Source: Ignavibacteriota bacterium
GTDB lineage: Bacteria > Bacteroidota > Ignavibacteria > UBA10030 > UBA6906
Reading direction: 5' to 3'
Assembly: GCA_963801355.1 (NCBI GenBank)
Contig: CAWDEM010000008.1
Span: forward strand, 288,001-352,000
Length of the DNA: 64,000 nt
Shown here: piece by piece, positions 7,701-15,811 of the stretch
Position numbering within the stretch: position 1 is the first letter of the stretch
How the letters are laid out: every line of letters begins with the position of its first letter
Translations under genes and position numbers: made by a program
Notes under the pieces: model-generated
Told to the model about the DNA's origin: nothing
Databases searched by the model: none
Seen by the model: the letters and a program-made list of their open reading frames with translations, nothing else

Positions 7701-10263
7701 GCTAAACACGGAGACGCCTTCTCTGCTTGATACGAATCTGACATTCCGTCTCGTTGTCCACCAACTGGGTCTCTTACCCGTTGACAGCGTCTCGGTGGCC
7801 ATGTCTGATGAATACGGCGGTTCCATACGAACGGTGATCGAAGGGCTGCGGTTTCGTGCCACCGGCCACCGCGACACGCTTTCTGTGCCATGGAACGCCT
7901 CGAATGAACCCGGACAGCATCGCCTTACCGTGACGCTGGATCCGGGCGGGGCAATCGCCGAGGTTACGAAGAGCAACAACAGTGTCGTGCGGGATGAGTA
8001 CATCTATGCCGATCTGGTTCTGCCTGTATACCCGCTGGAGAGCATGGTGGTGCCGCCGGGACCGCAGCGCCTTCGTGTCACATCTCCGCTGGGGTCCGAG
8101 CACGCGTCGTTCACCTACTCGTTCGAATTGGATGTGCTCCCCTCGTTTGCGTCGGGCTTCACGATCACTTCGGATCTCGTCACCCCGGGGGCGGTCTCCG
8201 GCGAGTGGGTGACTCCGCCTCTCCCTGAGGGGAATGTCTACTACTGGCGTGCAAGAACGGTGTCGTCGGGGGTTTACGGGAAGTGGGTGACCGGCAGCTT
8301 CCGGACGGCTGCAGGAGCTGAAACAGCCGGGCCAATCAGGCTCACCGTTGATGGTGCCGGGCAGTTCGGCCGCGGAGTACTCAATCACCTGACCCCGGCA
8401 GATTCGGGACTCATGCTCGCACGCAACGCACCGGTTCACTTGTACGCCCGTTCGCTCGGCCCCCGTACCGAGTGGCTGGAAGACTGGTATTCAGTATTCA
8501 AAATCAATGAACTGACCGTCCGGGGCTACTGGTGGGTGATCGGCAATAGCTTCCTGATGCTCCGGGTCAATGACTTCACCGGCGAGATCGCGGTGCGCGG
8601 ATTCGATGTCGCCACGCAAGTCGCACAGGCCGACAGCATGGTGAAATACATCCGCAACACACCTGCGGGCAATTATGTCGGCATCATTGTGATTTTCGAC
8701 GGCAAGACCAATGTCACGGACAGCCTCTATGCTGCCATCGAGTCCCTGGGGAGCACCCGCATCCGGTCGGTACTCTCCGGACAATCGTGGGCCTTCATTT
8801 CCCGCAAAGGGTATCCTGGTGAGGCCCTGGAACGTCTGACGGACGACAGTGCGGTCGTGGAGCTGGACATCCCAAATGTGTTCAGTATCGGCAGGGGATC
8901 GTACCGCTCCTCTGTTATCCCTCTGCCTGTGCGGATGGATTCCCTGCAATGGCGGAGTGCGATCATTCCGGGAAAAACTCAAGCGACGCTGCAACTGCTC
9001 GGGTACAGGGGAGGCGGAATCCTGGATACGATCCGCACGTTCTCTGCAAAATCCACCGAAGTCTCGCTGGCCGGCATGAATCAACTCTTCGATGATCCCA
9101 AATATACCGGATTCGTTATCGGCTCCGGTTTGAATACTTCCGATCCTGTCCACTCACCGCTCGTGCGATCCATTTCGCTCACGATGGAGCCACCCCCCGA
9201 CCTTGCAATAAGTCAACATACGATCGGTTCGCCGCAAAGCGCACCTCCCGGTGGCGGAGACATGGGTCTGCCTGTCACCGTACACAACATTGGATATCGC
9301 AATGCGGACAGCGCGCGGGTGAGCATTAATCTGGTTGATCCCGGCACGGGGCAGCACACGGTGCTCTCATCCGGCACTGTGGGGTCGCTCCCCGTCGACG
9401 GTGCCGAACAAATCCTGCTCGGATTTTCCACCGCGGGTCTGAACGGAATGAAGACGCTTGAGGTGCAGGTGTCTCCGCCTGCAGGCGCGCGTGATCTCAT
9501 CGCCGAAAACAACACTGCACGCTTCACGCTGAACTTCACCTCTGTCAAAGAGCCCCTGCAAGCAACCGTGCAGATATTTGCCGACGGTGTACAGCTCATG
9601 GATGGTGACTATATCGGCGCGCGGCCAGCCCTGTTGGTGCGCCTGGCTGATGTCGGCGGTGTAACCTCCGGCGGCGAACGGATGGCGTTGTTTGTCGACC
9701 GGTCGCTAGTTTCCCCGGCGGCGGAGATGTTGCCCGCGGGTGGCAGTGCCACAGGTGGCAGTGCCACGGGCGGCGGTGCCACAGGTGGCAGTGCCGCGGG
9801 CGGCGGTGTCCTGGCACGGATTCTTGACGAGGGAGTGCAGTTCGCTCCCGATTTGAAGGACGGCACACATGAATTGGTGGTGCGTCTTTACCGATGGAAC
9901 GGCGCTGCCGGGACGGATTCAATCGAGCACCGGTTGGCGGTCCAGGTGCAGAGTGATGTGAGGATTCTCCGCGTGTTCAACTATCCGAATCCATTCCGTT
10001 CCGAAACGGAGTTCACGTTCGTATTGACGGGCAACCGGGCTCCTGATGACGTGAGCATCCGCATCTACACGATTGCCGGACGGAAGCTGCGTGAGATCGT
10101 CGTGCCGCACCACATGTTGCAGGTGGGATTCAACCGGGTGATGTGGGATGGCCGGGACGAAGAAGGAGACGAGATAGCCAACGGGTACTACTTCTACCAG
10201 GTGCAGGTGCGGGGAGGCGGGGTTGTAAACTCGGCTATTGAAAAGCTGGTGAAGATCCGGTAA
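4783..10263 (+). CDS. Secreted C25-family (gingipain/PorU-like) cysteine peptidase with propeptide, CARDB-like, ILEI-like and C-terminal sorting/FlgD-like domains
   Basis: Signal peptide after GTG 4783/ATG 4792 (SD GGAGG); ADYLIVTH, LYDEFGFG, VLLFGDASWD; catalytic His (FLGHA, 7267) and Cys (TSCN, 7360); LIGDP; NYPNPF...WDGRDEEGDEIANGYYFY. Confidence 0.88.
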   Translation: MRVMRRGALLALLGAVYLSGPHLAAGVPPTDGTVYRLLSRDAGGWTFAVQSVPRPVSKIEIAGREYTLFAGEPQERDAAPGRPYLPTEPLSLGVPFDAAVTADLQNPVYEEVAGVLVAPVPAYSMTEEREAVAAYTVDAREYARDAFVPATTLTVDPPFVLRQQRICTIRLALYQYNPAQKILRRLITGNLRIRYTPDPSNAPARAGAVQEADPQFEEIYRSLVLNYDEARAWRAGTRAAAQPPVDSAGTWFESGRRYARIPVAKDGWQILSRQQLESAGINMTSYGESDVRLFLRGASVPFLVRRDTSIEFYGLQRRGDSTAFDFYSDTSTYWLTFGGRGTALPLTAAPQAAGPPATSIAAARSLRHFEQNTDYYEGTGEAEVTQNGPVAGEGWVWSYFYPNTTTSFPFELDNRVAVAGDSAVITVKLFSTTLHYNTPDHIARVWVNDSLVGEAQFNGRTRGFLRTVVPGGWLKEGVNALKITSVSTPSVPNQFYLDWFEVEYTRGLYATGGSLVFSGNPGQGVASYTVQGFSDSTIEVFDIATLRKISGVEVHGSVATGFSAVFLDSLGSHHRYVAVSEAGRVPVQGMRAKEFSDLRNRPGGADYLIVTHRIFRTAAQLLASHRAARNGVRSLVVDVDDLYDEFGFGMKSAEAIKAFLRHSYAHWAAPALSSVLLFGDASWDPHKFISSSVKIDFVPAYGVPAGDEWYGCFDPAYPFLSSLVLARLPVEDTVQARRTVDKVIGFDTPPLADWNKNFMFITGGIGISEQTVFNMLTEPLIANNVLAPPVGGTPFRIYKTADDVINGDKKAEMQALFKSGLSFVNFLGHAAGRIWNVDIGDPNELENSTGMLPFIASTSCNVSAFAEPSSNVLAEDFVLADNRAAIAMWGASSLGYANSGTRLVNGMLVAVAKDSVRRFGAATAIARYKLWQESGSGYVTISMVTLNPLIGDPLSKMPIPVKPDISSSGGDLTLNTETPSLLDTNLTFRLVVHQLGLLPVDSVSVAMSDEYGGSIRTVIEGLRFRATGHRDTLSVPWNASNEPGQHRLTVTLDPGGAIAEVTKSNNSVVRDEYIYADLVLPVYPLESMVVPPGPQRLRVTSPLGSEHASFTYSFELDVLPSFASGFTITSDLVTPGAVSGEWVTPPLPEGNVYYWRARTVSSGVYGKWVTGSFRTAAGAETAGPIRLTVDGAGQFGRGVLNHLTPADSGLMLARNAPVHLYARSLGPRTEWLEDWYSVFKINELTVRGYWWVIGNSFLMLRVNDFTGEIAVRGFDVATQVAQADSMVKYIRNTPAGNYVGIIVIFDGKTNVTDSLYAAIESLGSTRIRSVLSGQSWAFISRKGYPGEALERLTDDSAVVELDIPNVFSIGRGSYRSSVIPLPVRMDSLQWRSAIIPGKTQATLQLLGYRGGGILDTIRTFSAKSTEVSLAGMNQLFDDPKYTGFVIGSGLNTSDPVHSPLVRSISLTMEPPPDLAISQHTIGSPQSAPPGGGDMGLPVTVHNIGYRNADSARVSINLVDPGTGQHTVLSSGTVGSLPVDGAEQILLGFSTAGLNGMKTLEVQVSPPAGARDLIAENNTARFTLNFTSVKEPLQATVQIFADGVQLMDGDYIGARPALLVRLADVGGVTSGGERMALFVDRSLVSPAAEMLPAGGSATGGSATGGGATGGSAAGGGVLARILDEGVQFAPDLKDGTHELVVRLYRWNGAAGTDSIEHRLAVQVQSDVRILRVFNYPNPFRSETEFTFVLTGNRAPDDVSIRIYTIAGRKLREIVVPHHMLQVGFNRVMWDGRDEEGDEIANGYYFYQVQVRGGGVVNSAIEKLVKIR
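9739..9810 (+). repeat. In-frame 15-bp tandem repeat (~5 copies) encoding GG(S/G)A(T/A)
   Basis: ggtggcagtgccaca / ggtggcagtgccacg / ggcggcggtgccaca / ggtggcagtgccgcg / ggcggcggtgtc. Confidence 0.9.
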
Positions 10264-10321
10264 CACCTTTCAGGAAAACGAACAGGGTCCGCGCCCGCGC
10301 TTGAAGTCTGCTCCCACTCCT

Positions 10322-10353
10322 AAAAAAAGCACGTGCACGGTGAACCGTGCACG
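10322..10353 (-). terminator. Rho-independent terminator of the minus-strand HTH gene
   Basis: Perfect 9-bp stem CGTGCACGG-TTCA-CCGTGCACG followed after 3 nt by T7 on the minus strand. Confidence 0.8.
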
Positions 10354-10391
10354 CAGCCAATCCTCAGTGTAGCGGTGTGCAATCCGTCCTG

Positions 10392-10835
10392 TCAGGCAGC
10401 ATCCCTTCCCATCCCATCCTGCTGACCAACTTCCTGTTGAACCTCCCGTTTCAGGATTTTCCAGATGGTGCGCTCGGAAAGTGTAATCTGATAGTGTTTC
10501 TCAAGATACGCACGGAGGCGGCGCTGTCCGTAGCCGGTTTCCTCACGGGCTTCCTTGAGAATCCGGATGCTTTCTTCGGGGGTTGCCCGCGGGAAGTGGT
10601 GCGGACGGCGGGAGCGGTCAGTGAGGGAGTTCGAGTCACCGTTCTCCAGCTGGAAGCGCTTCAACCATTTGTAGAACGTTTTCCGGCTGATGCCGAATTT
10701 CCGGCAGACCGCCTGCACGTTCTTCGTTTCTCTGTAGCACATCATCCACGCCAGGCGCGGATGTAGCGACCCGCCCAGAGAATTCTCGCCGACTGTCACT
10801 GCGCTTGTGCCAGTGCCCTGTTCACTCTGCTCCAT
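10392..10835 (-). CDS. Stand-alone helix-turn-helix protein resembling the N-terminal DNA-binding part of IS481-family transposases (no DDE domain)
   Basis: VCRKFGISRKTFYKWLKRF, LTDRSRRPH, GQRRL, LSERTIWKILKR; SD GGAGGAG before ATG at 10835. Confidence 0.8.
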   Translation of the reverse strand: MEQSEQGTGTSAVTVGENSLGGSLHPRLAWMMCYRETKNVQAVCRKFGISRKTFYKWLKRFQLENGDSNSLTDRSRRPHHFPRATPEESIRILKEAREETGYGQRRLRAYLEKHYQITLSERTIWKILKREVQQEVGQQDGMGRDAA

Positions 10836-10872
10836 TGACTCCTCCACTCTCGTTTTACTAGAGTGAGGAGTT

Positions 10873-10887
10873 TCACGGTCTGTGCCA
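10873..10887 (-). promoter_or_regulatory. Possible sigma54 promoter (TGGCACAGACCGTGA) for the HTH gene
   Basis: Good -24 element TGGCAC; imperfect -12 (GTGA instead of TTGC); 38 bp upstream of the ATG. Confidence 0.35.
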
Positions 10888-11046
10888 TTCTTGTGACGGG
10901 GATCATAGCGGCAAAAACAGCCAAAATTTGGGAATTCTGGCAAAAAAAGGGCAGGGATGGGTGTGTTTTCTACAGGGGATTGTGAAGATTACACAAAAAC
11001 CCCTGAGTCACGCCAGTTTTTGCCAGATATCCGGGGCTTCCGGCGT

Positions 11047-13023
11047 TCAGTAGGAAGGCAGCAGGTCATCTTCTCCTCCGGCGGCAGGCCGCAATTCGAG
11101 AGCCAGTCCGCCCGAAGGCCGCAGGTCAGCCTTAATGATCGAAGCCGATGTGACCTTGAATTTCTCAATGTTCACGTGCGTGCGCGTCCGGATCTTTTCC
11201 CCTCCGTCCGTGTAGATCGAGGCGATGTACGTTTTGCCTCCATCCAGAAAGCTGAGCGGGAAAGCCAGGCTCCGGGCTTCGTTGTTGGTGATGCCACCCA
11301 CGAACCATTTCGGTCCGCTCCTCCGTGAGACAGCGACGTACTTCCCGATTTCCCCCAGCAACACTCTCGTTGTATCCCACACCGTTGGCAGCTCCTCGAA
11401 AAACCTGATTTCAGGCTCGCCCTGGTAGTCGGAGGGCCTGTCGTACCAGAAAACGAACTGCAGCGGGCTGTAGTAGATCACAGAGAGTGCCAGCTGATGG
11501 GCGGAGGTGGTCCTGATGCCCTTGACGTCCTTTATTCCAGCCTGGTGGTAGTAGCAAATAGTGTAATCAGCCGCACCAGCCAGGAAACGGGTAAACGGCA
11601 CAATGGTGTTATGATCGGCTTCCGGCATGCACTCATTCCCATAGATCCCTTCCTGGGTGAGCAGATTCGGATAGGTCCGGCTGAACCCTGTCGGACGGTA
11701 CTCGTCATGGATGTCGACCATCAGGTTGTATCTGGCCGCCTTGCGCACAGCTTCGTGCACCCACGATGTCCACTTGTGTGAGCCCACGTGGACGAATCCG
11801 AATTTCACACCGGCGACACCCCAGCGCTGGTAGAGGGGAAAGATTTCGTCGATCTGTTTCTCCAGGGCACGGTGGTTCACATAGAGAATGACGCCAACGT
11901 TCTTGCTTTTTGCGTATGCCAGTATGTGCTGCAGGTCCAGGTCTTTCTTTGGATTTCGCCGTGGGTCCACATCCACCCGTGAGGCGTCCGATTCCTTTGA
12001 GTATTCGTGCCCGTACCAACCGGCATCGAATTCCACATACTCGATCTTGTGCCGCGAGCAGAAGTCGATGCACTCGATGGCGCCTCCCGTGGAGAGTGTG
12101 ACTTCCCTCAGAACTTTGCCGGGTTTGATCCACCCGGTGTTCTGAATGGCGCACGGCTCATTCAGGTTCAGGAAAATGTCGTTGTGCTCGAGCAGCTCGC
12201 CGGGTGATTCCGCGACCATGATGACCCGCCAGGGAGTCTTGAAGGGAGACGACTCGGTGACGGGTCCGAAGAGCTTTGCGACAACGGTATTCTTCTTTTC
12301 CGGGGAGAGAATGAATTTCATGCGCGCATAGTCCACAAGCTGCGCCTCTCCGATCGAGGCATACAGCCCGCCCGGCAGGAGAAGGGTCAGGGGGCGTTCA
12401 CTCTCATACTCAGGGGTTCTGGGAGACCAGCGGGGGAGAGGGAGGTTGGCGCCGTACGCCCAGTCCTGGAGTGGCCTGACGTGATAAAGCTCCTGCGCAA
12501 ACGGTGTCACATATGCCTTCGTTCGCTGTTCGAAACTAAATTCTGTCAGTTCATTTGCGATGTGGATGATGGATGTCGAGAGGTTCTCAGGAAAGTTGTA
12601 GCAGAACGCAGCCCCCTCGTTGTACACCCGGACGATTACCTGAAGTGCATTGTTCCGGTCATTGTCCTTTATCAGATCGATCACGCACTCGTTGTAGTTG
12701 TCCGTAACCATACTCCGTTCCCCGTAGACCGGTCTCCAGCGTTCGTTGTGGGATCGGCGTGTTTGACCCGCCACTGTGAAGCCGTTGATCCAGGCGGGAA
12801 GGTCGAGAGTGACGATGCCGAGACGTGATTGCAGGACGACGTTCTGGTTCCTGTAAGAAAGTGTGAAGAACAGGCAGCCACGTTCTGTAGCCGTACTGTC
12901 AACGAAAAACGTGAAGACCAGGTTGCCGTCGGGCGAAGGCACGGTAAGCGTCTGACTATGCAGGGATATGGAGCAAAGGAAAACCAGAAGGGTCGTGAAT
13001 GCCGTTTTCATTGCATTATCCAT
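11047..13023 (-). CDS. Glycoside hydrolase family 97 (alpha-glucosidase/alpha-galactosidase)
   Basis: Signal peptide; SPDG N-terminus, VRVYNEGAAF, KTPWRVI, WIKPGK, DAGWY, RPTGFSRTYPNLLTQEG, PFTRFLAGAADYT, TSAHQLAL, PTVWDTT. Confidence 0.92.
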   Translation of the reverse strand: MDNAMKTAFTTLLVFLCSISLHSQTLTVPSPDGNLVFTFFVDSTATERGCLFFTLSYRNQNVVLQSRLGIVTLDLPAWINGFTVAGQTRRSHNERWRPVYGERSMVTDNYNECVIDLIKDNDRNNALQVIVRVYNEGAAFCYNFPENLSTSIIHIANELTEFSFEQRTKAYVTPFAQELYHVRPLQDWAYGANLPLPRWSPRTPEYESERPLTLLLPGGLYASIGEAQLVDYARMKFILSPEKKNTVVAKLFGPVTESSPFKTPWRVIMVAESPGELLEHNDIFLNLNEPCAIQNTGWIKPGKVLREVTLSTGGAIECIDFCSRHKIEYVEFDAGWYGHEYSKESDASRVDVDPRRNPKKDLDLQHILAYAKSKNVGVILYVNHRALEKQIDEIFPLYQRWGVAGVKFGFVHVGSHKWTSWVHEAVRKAARYNLMVDIHDEYRPTGFSRTYPNLLTQEGIYGNECMPEADHNTIVPFTRFLAGAADYTICYYHQAGIKDVKGIRTTSAHQLALSVIYYSPLQFVFWYDRPSDYQGEPEIRFFEELPTVWDTTRVLLGEIGKYVAVSRRSGPKWFVGGITNNEARSLAFPLSFLDGGKTYIASIYTDGGEKIRTRTHVNIEKFKVTSASIIKADLRPSGGLALELRPAAGGEDDLLPSY

Positions 13024-13032
13024 GGCGGAACG

Positions 13033-15126
13033 TTATGGGGTGCTGGAATTCTGAACCTTCAGGATCATTGCCGCCCGGGCCGGCAGCGTGGCTGTCACCG
13101 TACCATAGCGCAATACACTGCGGTCCGTCAGATCAGCCGGGTAGGTCAGGTTGCTCACGCGAAGGTAATTCCGGGAATGGGAAGAGCGGAATGAGATACT
13201 CAGGCGGACATCCCTGTCTGATGAGTTCAGATTCGTGATCAGAAAGTACGTCACATCCGGAGTCGACGTGTTGTCAGCCAGACGGGCGACCCCCACCAGG
13301 TTGCCGCCCGAGGCCACCGTTCCGGTCGCGTCGACGAGAGTAATGCCGGCGATATCCGTTTTGGAGAAGTTGCCCAGCTCGTTCTGTGCGTAGCTCCGTG
13401 TGTTGACAACATCGGCACCATTGGTTGTTCCCACGATCCCGTATTTGTCAATGCCGTACGTGCTGATGAAGTCGCCGTTGGAAAGTCCCCCGGATTCGCC
13501 GGAGTTTCCGTTGACAAATGTCGCAAACGTCCTGAGTGCGGCCACCTTGTGAGCATGCATATTGCGGAGCGAGAACATTTTGTCGACCTGCCCGGCGTCG
13601 CCGTGGAAGGAATAGAGCGCTTGTTCGCTTTCCGCAAACGGCCCTGAGTAGTAGAATACCACTCCTTTTGCGCCTACCAGGAGGGAAAGATATGCGCTCG
13701 AGAGTATCTCAGACTGTGTGGGTGCCCGGAAATCACTGCCGGAGGAGAACATGGGGGGAACACTGATGATCGTCTTGGTTGGAGCCACGGAGCGTATGTG
13801 TGTGCAGAACCTCGAGAGCACGTCGAAGTCGCGGTAGATTGACCGCCGGTGGTCGAGTATATCCGACCTGAAGAGATAGTGATTCGGAGCGATGTAGTGC
13901 AGGTTGATCTTCGAAAAGCGAGTAACGGTTGTCAGGTTCGTGTGGTACATCTCGTCATCGGGCCAGGTACTGTAGAACGTCAACCGTTTGTCCTGCTGGA
14001 GGAGGTATGTGCAGACGGCATCCATTGGCGCGTAGTTGCCCACGTGGGGTTCGTCTGCGACGGCGATGATGGGATACACCTTCCGCGGTTCGGATGAGCC
14101 GGCAATCCCCGCCGCAATGTCTGTGAATGTTTTCACCAGCGCACGCCGCTTCGACGCGTTGAAAAATTTCGCGGTCTCCTCGACGACCACCCTGCCGCTG
14201 TCGTCGTAGACGGTGATGTCTCTGATGCGGAGAGAGCTTTTTGTTGACATGGTGCAGTTCACCTGCAGTCCGAGGCGGCAGACGTAGGCCTCGTACTGTG
14301 ACGGCCCGGCGGCCAGATCGAGTGTAAACGGCAGGACTAATTCACTTTTCCCGGAGGCGAGCGTGATGCGTTTGTCTATCAACTGGTAATTCTTCCGCCC
14401 CGCGCGCGAGGCTTTGTTGATGAGATTCACCGTGAGTTCGTGTCCGGCGCGTGCCGACTCGAGCCTGAACCGGAGCTTGAAGTAAGCGAGTGCTCTGCGC
14501 GTGTTCCATTCCCGGGGGCGTATCTGTCTTTTTTCGCCTCCCACGACGGTGAGGTCACGGATGATCCGGCCCGAGGCCGGCGCGTTCTTCGCGGAAACTG
14601 TGAACGTGGTATCGGCGGCTGTGATGGAATATGAGGAGCTGTCGAAATTGATGATGTTGCCTTCGTTGCGTGTCGATGGAGAAAACTTCAGGTAGTGACT
14701 TTCCGCTGCACGCGTAATGAGGAAACAGCGGTAAATGGGGATGATTCTCGAATCGCGAATGAAATTGCGGCCGGTCCGGGGATCCGCCGCGTATTCTTTG
14801 TACAGGTAGTTCACATAGGGGGCGTTGTCTTCTCCACCCTCCGGAAAGTTGGACGTGTTGATAAAGAATGTGTTCATTCCGAGTGAATCGTACCAGAAAT
14901 TCATGAGTCTGGCGCCGTTTGGTCCTGTTCTCTTCCCGAATGTAGAGCCAGTCCAGTAAATGCCCTCGTTTTCCCCCCATCCCGTGGCGTACATCCCGTA
15001 GAGAAATCTTACTTGTGCCGCGGCATCCGCGCCGAGGAGTAGTAATGCAGCCAGCAGGACCCAGGCAAAGTACCCAGGGAGTGGTCCGGCCACCGGACGC
15101 GAGGAGGAGTTGCCCCTTGTGATCAT
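13033..15126 (-). CDS. Secreted hypothetical protein, possible glycoside-hydrolase-like TIM barrel
   Basis: 697-aa ORF with signal peptide (..GADAAAQ); ADEP and PTQSEILSSAYLSLLVGAKGVVFY segments; 9 bp from GH97. Confidence 0.7.
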   Translation of the reverse strand: MITRGNSSSRPVAGPLPGYFAWVLLAALLLLGADAAAQVRFLYGMYATGWGENEGIYWTGSTFGKRTGPNGARLMNFWYDSLGMNTFFINTSNFPEGGEDNAPYVNYLYKEYAADPRTGRNFIRDSRIIPIYRCFLITRAAESHYLKFSPSTRNEGNIINFDSSSYSITAADTTFTVSAKNAPASGRIIRDLTVVGGEKRQIRPREWNTRRALAYFKLRFRLESARAGHELTVNLINKASRAGRKNYQLIDKRITLASGKSELVLPFTLDLAAGPSQYEAYVCRLGLQVNCTMSTKSSLRIRDITVYDDSGRVVVEETAKFFNASKRRALVKTFTDIAAGIAGSSEPRKVYPIIAVADEPHVGNYAPMDAVCTYLLQQDKRLTFYSTWPDDEMYHTNLTTVTRFSKINLHYIAPNHYLFRSDILDHRRSIYRDFDVLSRFCTHIRSVAPTKTIISVPPMFSSGSDFRAPTQSEILSSAYLSLLVGAKGVVFYYSGPFAESEQALYSFHGDAGQVDKMFSLRNMHAHKVAALRTFATFVNGNSGESGGLSNGDFISTYGIDKYGIVGTTNGADVVNTRSYAQNELGNFSKTDIAGITLVDATGTVASGGNLVGVARLADNTSTPDVTYFLITNLNSSDRDVRLSISFRSSHSRNYLRVSNLTYPADLTDRSVLRYGTVTATLPARAAMILKVQNSSTP

Positions 15127-15246
15127 GGTATCATTCCATGGGATGTGGGCTGTTACAGATGAATCAAGTCGGCTGAGCGACCGTAAACAAAGTAGGAGAG
15201 AGTGCGGACATTGTCAATCGGAACATCAGGAATACGATCGCCGGAA

Positions 15247-15323
15247 GGCAAAATGTCTGCAGGGCAGAATGTTCTCGAGGGCAAAATGCCTGGAGGGCAG
15301 AATGTTCTCGAGGGCAAAATGCC
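15247..15323. repeat. Tandem array of 5 GGCARAATG(Y) units, alternating 16/17-bp spacing (33-bp period)
   Basis: ggcaaaatgtctgcag ggcagaatgttctcgag ggcaaaatgcctggag ggcagaatgttctcgag ggcaaaatgcc. Confidence 0.9.
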
Positions 15324-15334
15324 CGTCCGGTCGG

Positions 15335-15363
15335 TTGCACAACACAAAGGATCGCTGTATATT
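15335..15363 (+). promoter_or_regulatory. Sigma70 promoter TTGCAC-N17-TATATT for the DUF4870/desulfhydrase genes
   Basis: -35 at 15335-15340, -10 at 15358-15363; SD AGGAG and ATG at 15389 follow. Confidence 0.65.
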
Positions 15364-15388
15364 CGCTTACCACAATAGGAGATGCTCC

Positions 15389-15775
15389 ATGGACACCCCC
15401 AACGAAAATCCGCAGCCGTCTGCCCCGCAATTGCCGCCGAACAAAGACCAGAATACCTGGGCAATGCTCTGTCATCTCACTGCACTTGCCGGGTTCGTCT
15501 TTCCGTTCGGCAACATCATCGGGCCGCTCGTGGTCTGGATGATCAAGAAAGACGAGTTTCCGCTTGTCGCCGATCAGGGGAAGGAGTCGCTGAATTTCCA
15601 GATCAGCATGACTATTTACTACATCGTTGCGGCCATTTTGATCATCGTATTGATCGGCATCGTACTCCTCATCGGCCTGGGCATCTTCAGTCTGATCATG
15701 ATCATCATTGCCATGATCAAGGCGAATGAGGGAGTGGCGTACAGGTATCCGATGACCATCAGGTTCCTCAAATAG
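15389..15775 (+). CDS. DUF4870 domain membrane protein
   Basis: WAMLCHL, GNIIGPLVVW, DQGKESLNFQIS, KANEG..YRYP; SD upstream of 15389. Confidence 0.9.
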   Translation: MDTPNENPQPSAPQLPPNKDQNTWAMLCHLTALAGFVFPFGNIIGPLVVWMIKKDEFPLVADQGKESLNFQISMTIYYIVAAILIIVLIGIVLLIGLGIFSLIMIIIAMIKANEGVAYRYPMTIRFLK

Positions 15776-15811
15776 GCAGCAGGAAGAGAGCACAACCAGG
15801 GCAATCGGACA

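Noticed and set aside
10392-10943. Active IS481 insertion sequence
   Set aside because: No DDE domain, terminal inverted repeats or target duplication visible
15247-15323. CRISPR array
   Set aside because: Units are 16-17 bp, directly adjacent, with no unique spacers and no cas genes in the window
15110-15388. N-terminal extension of DUF4870 with repeated KCLxGRMFSRA
   Set aside because: It is a translation of the intergenic repeat and promoter; the SD-supported start is 15389
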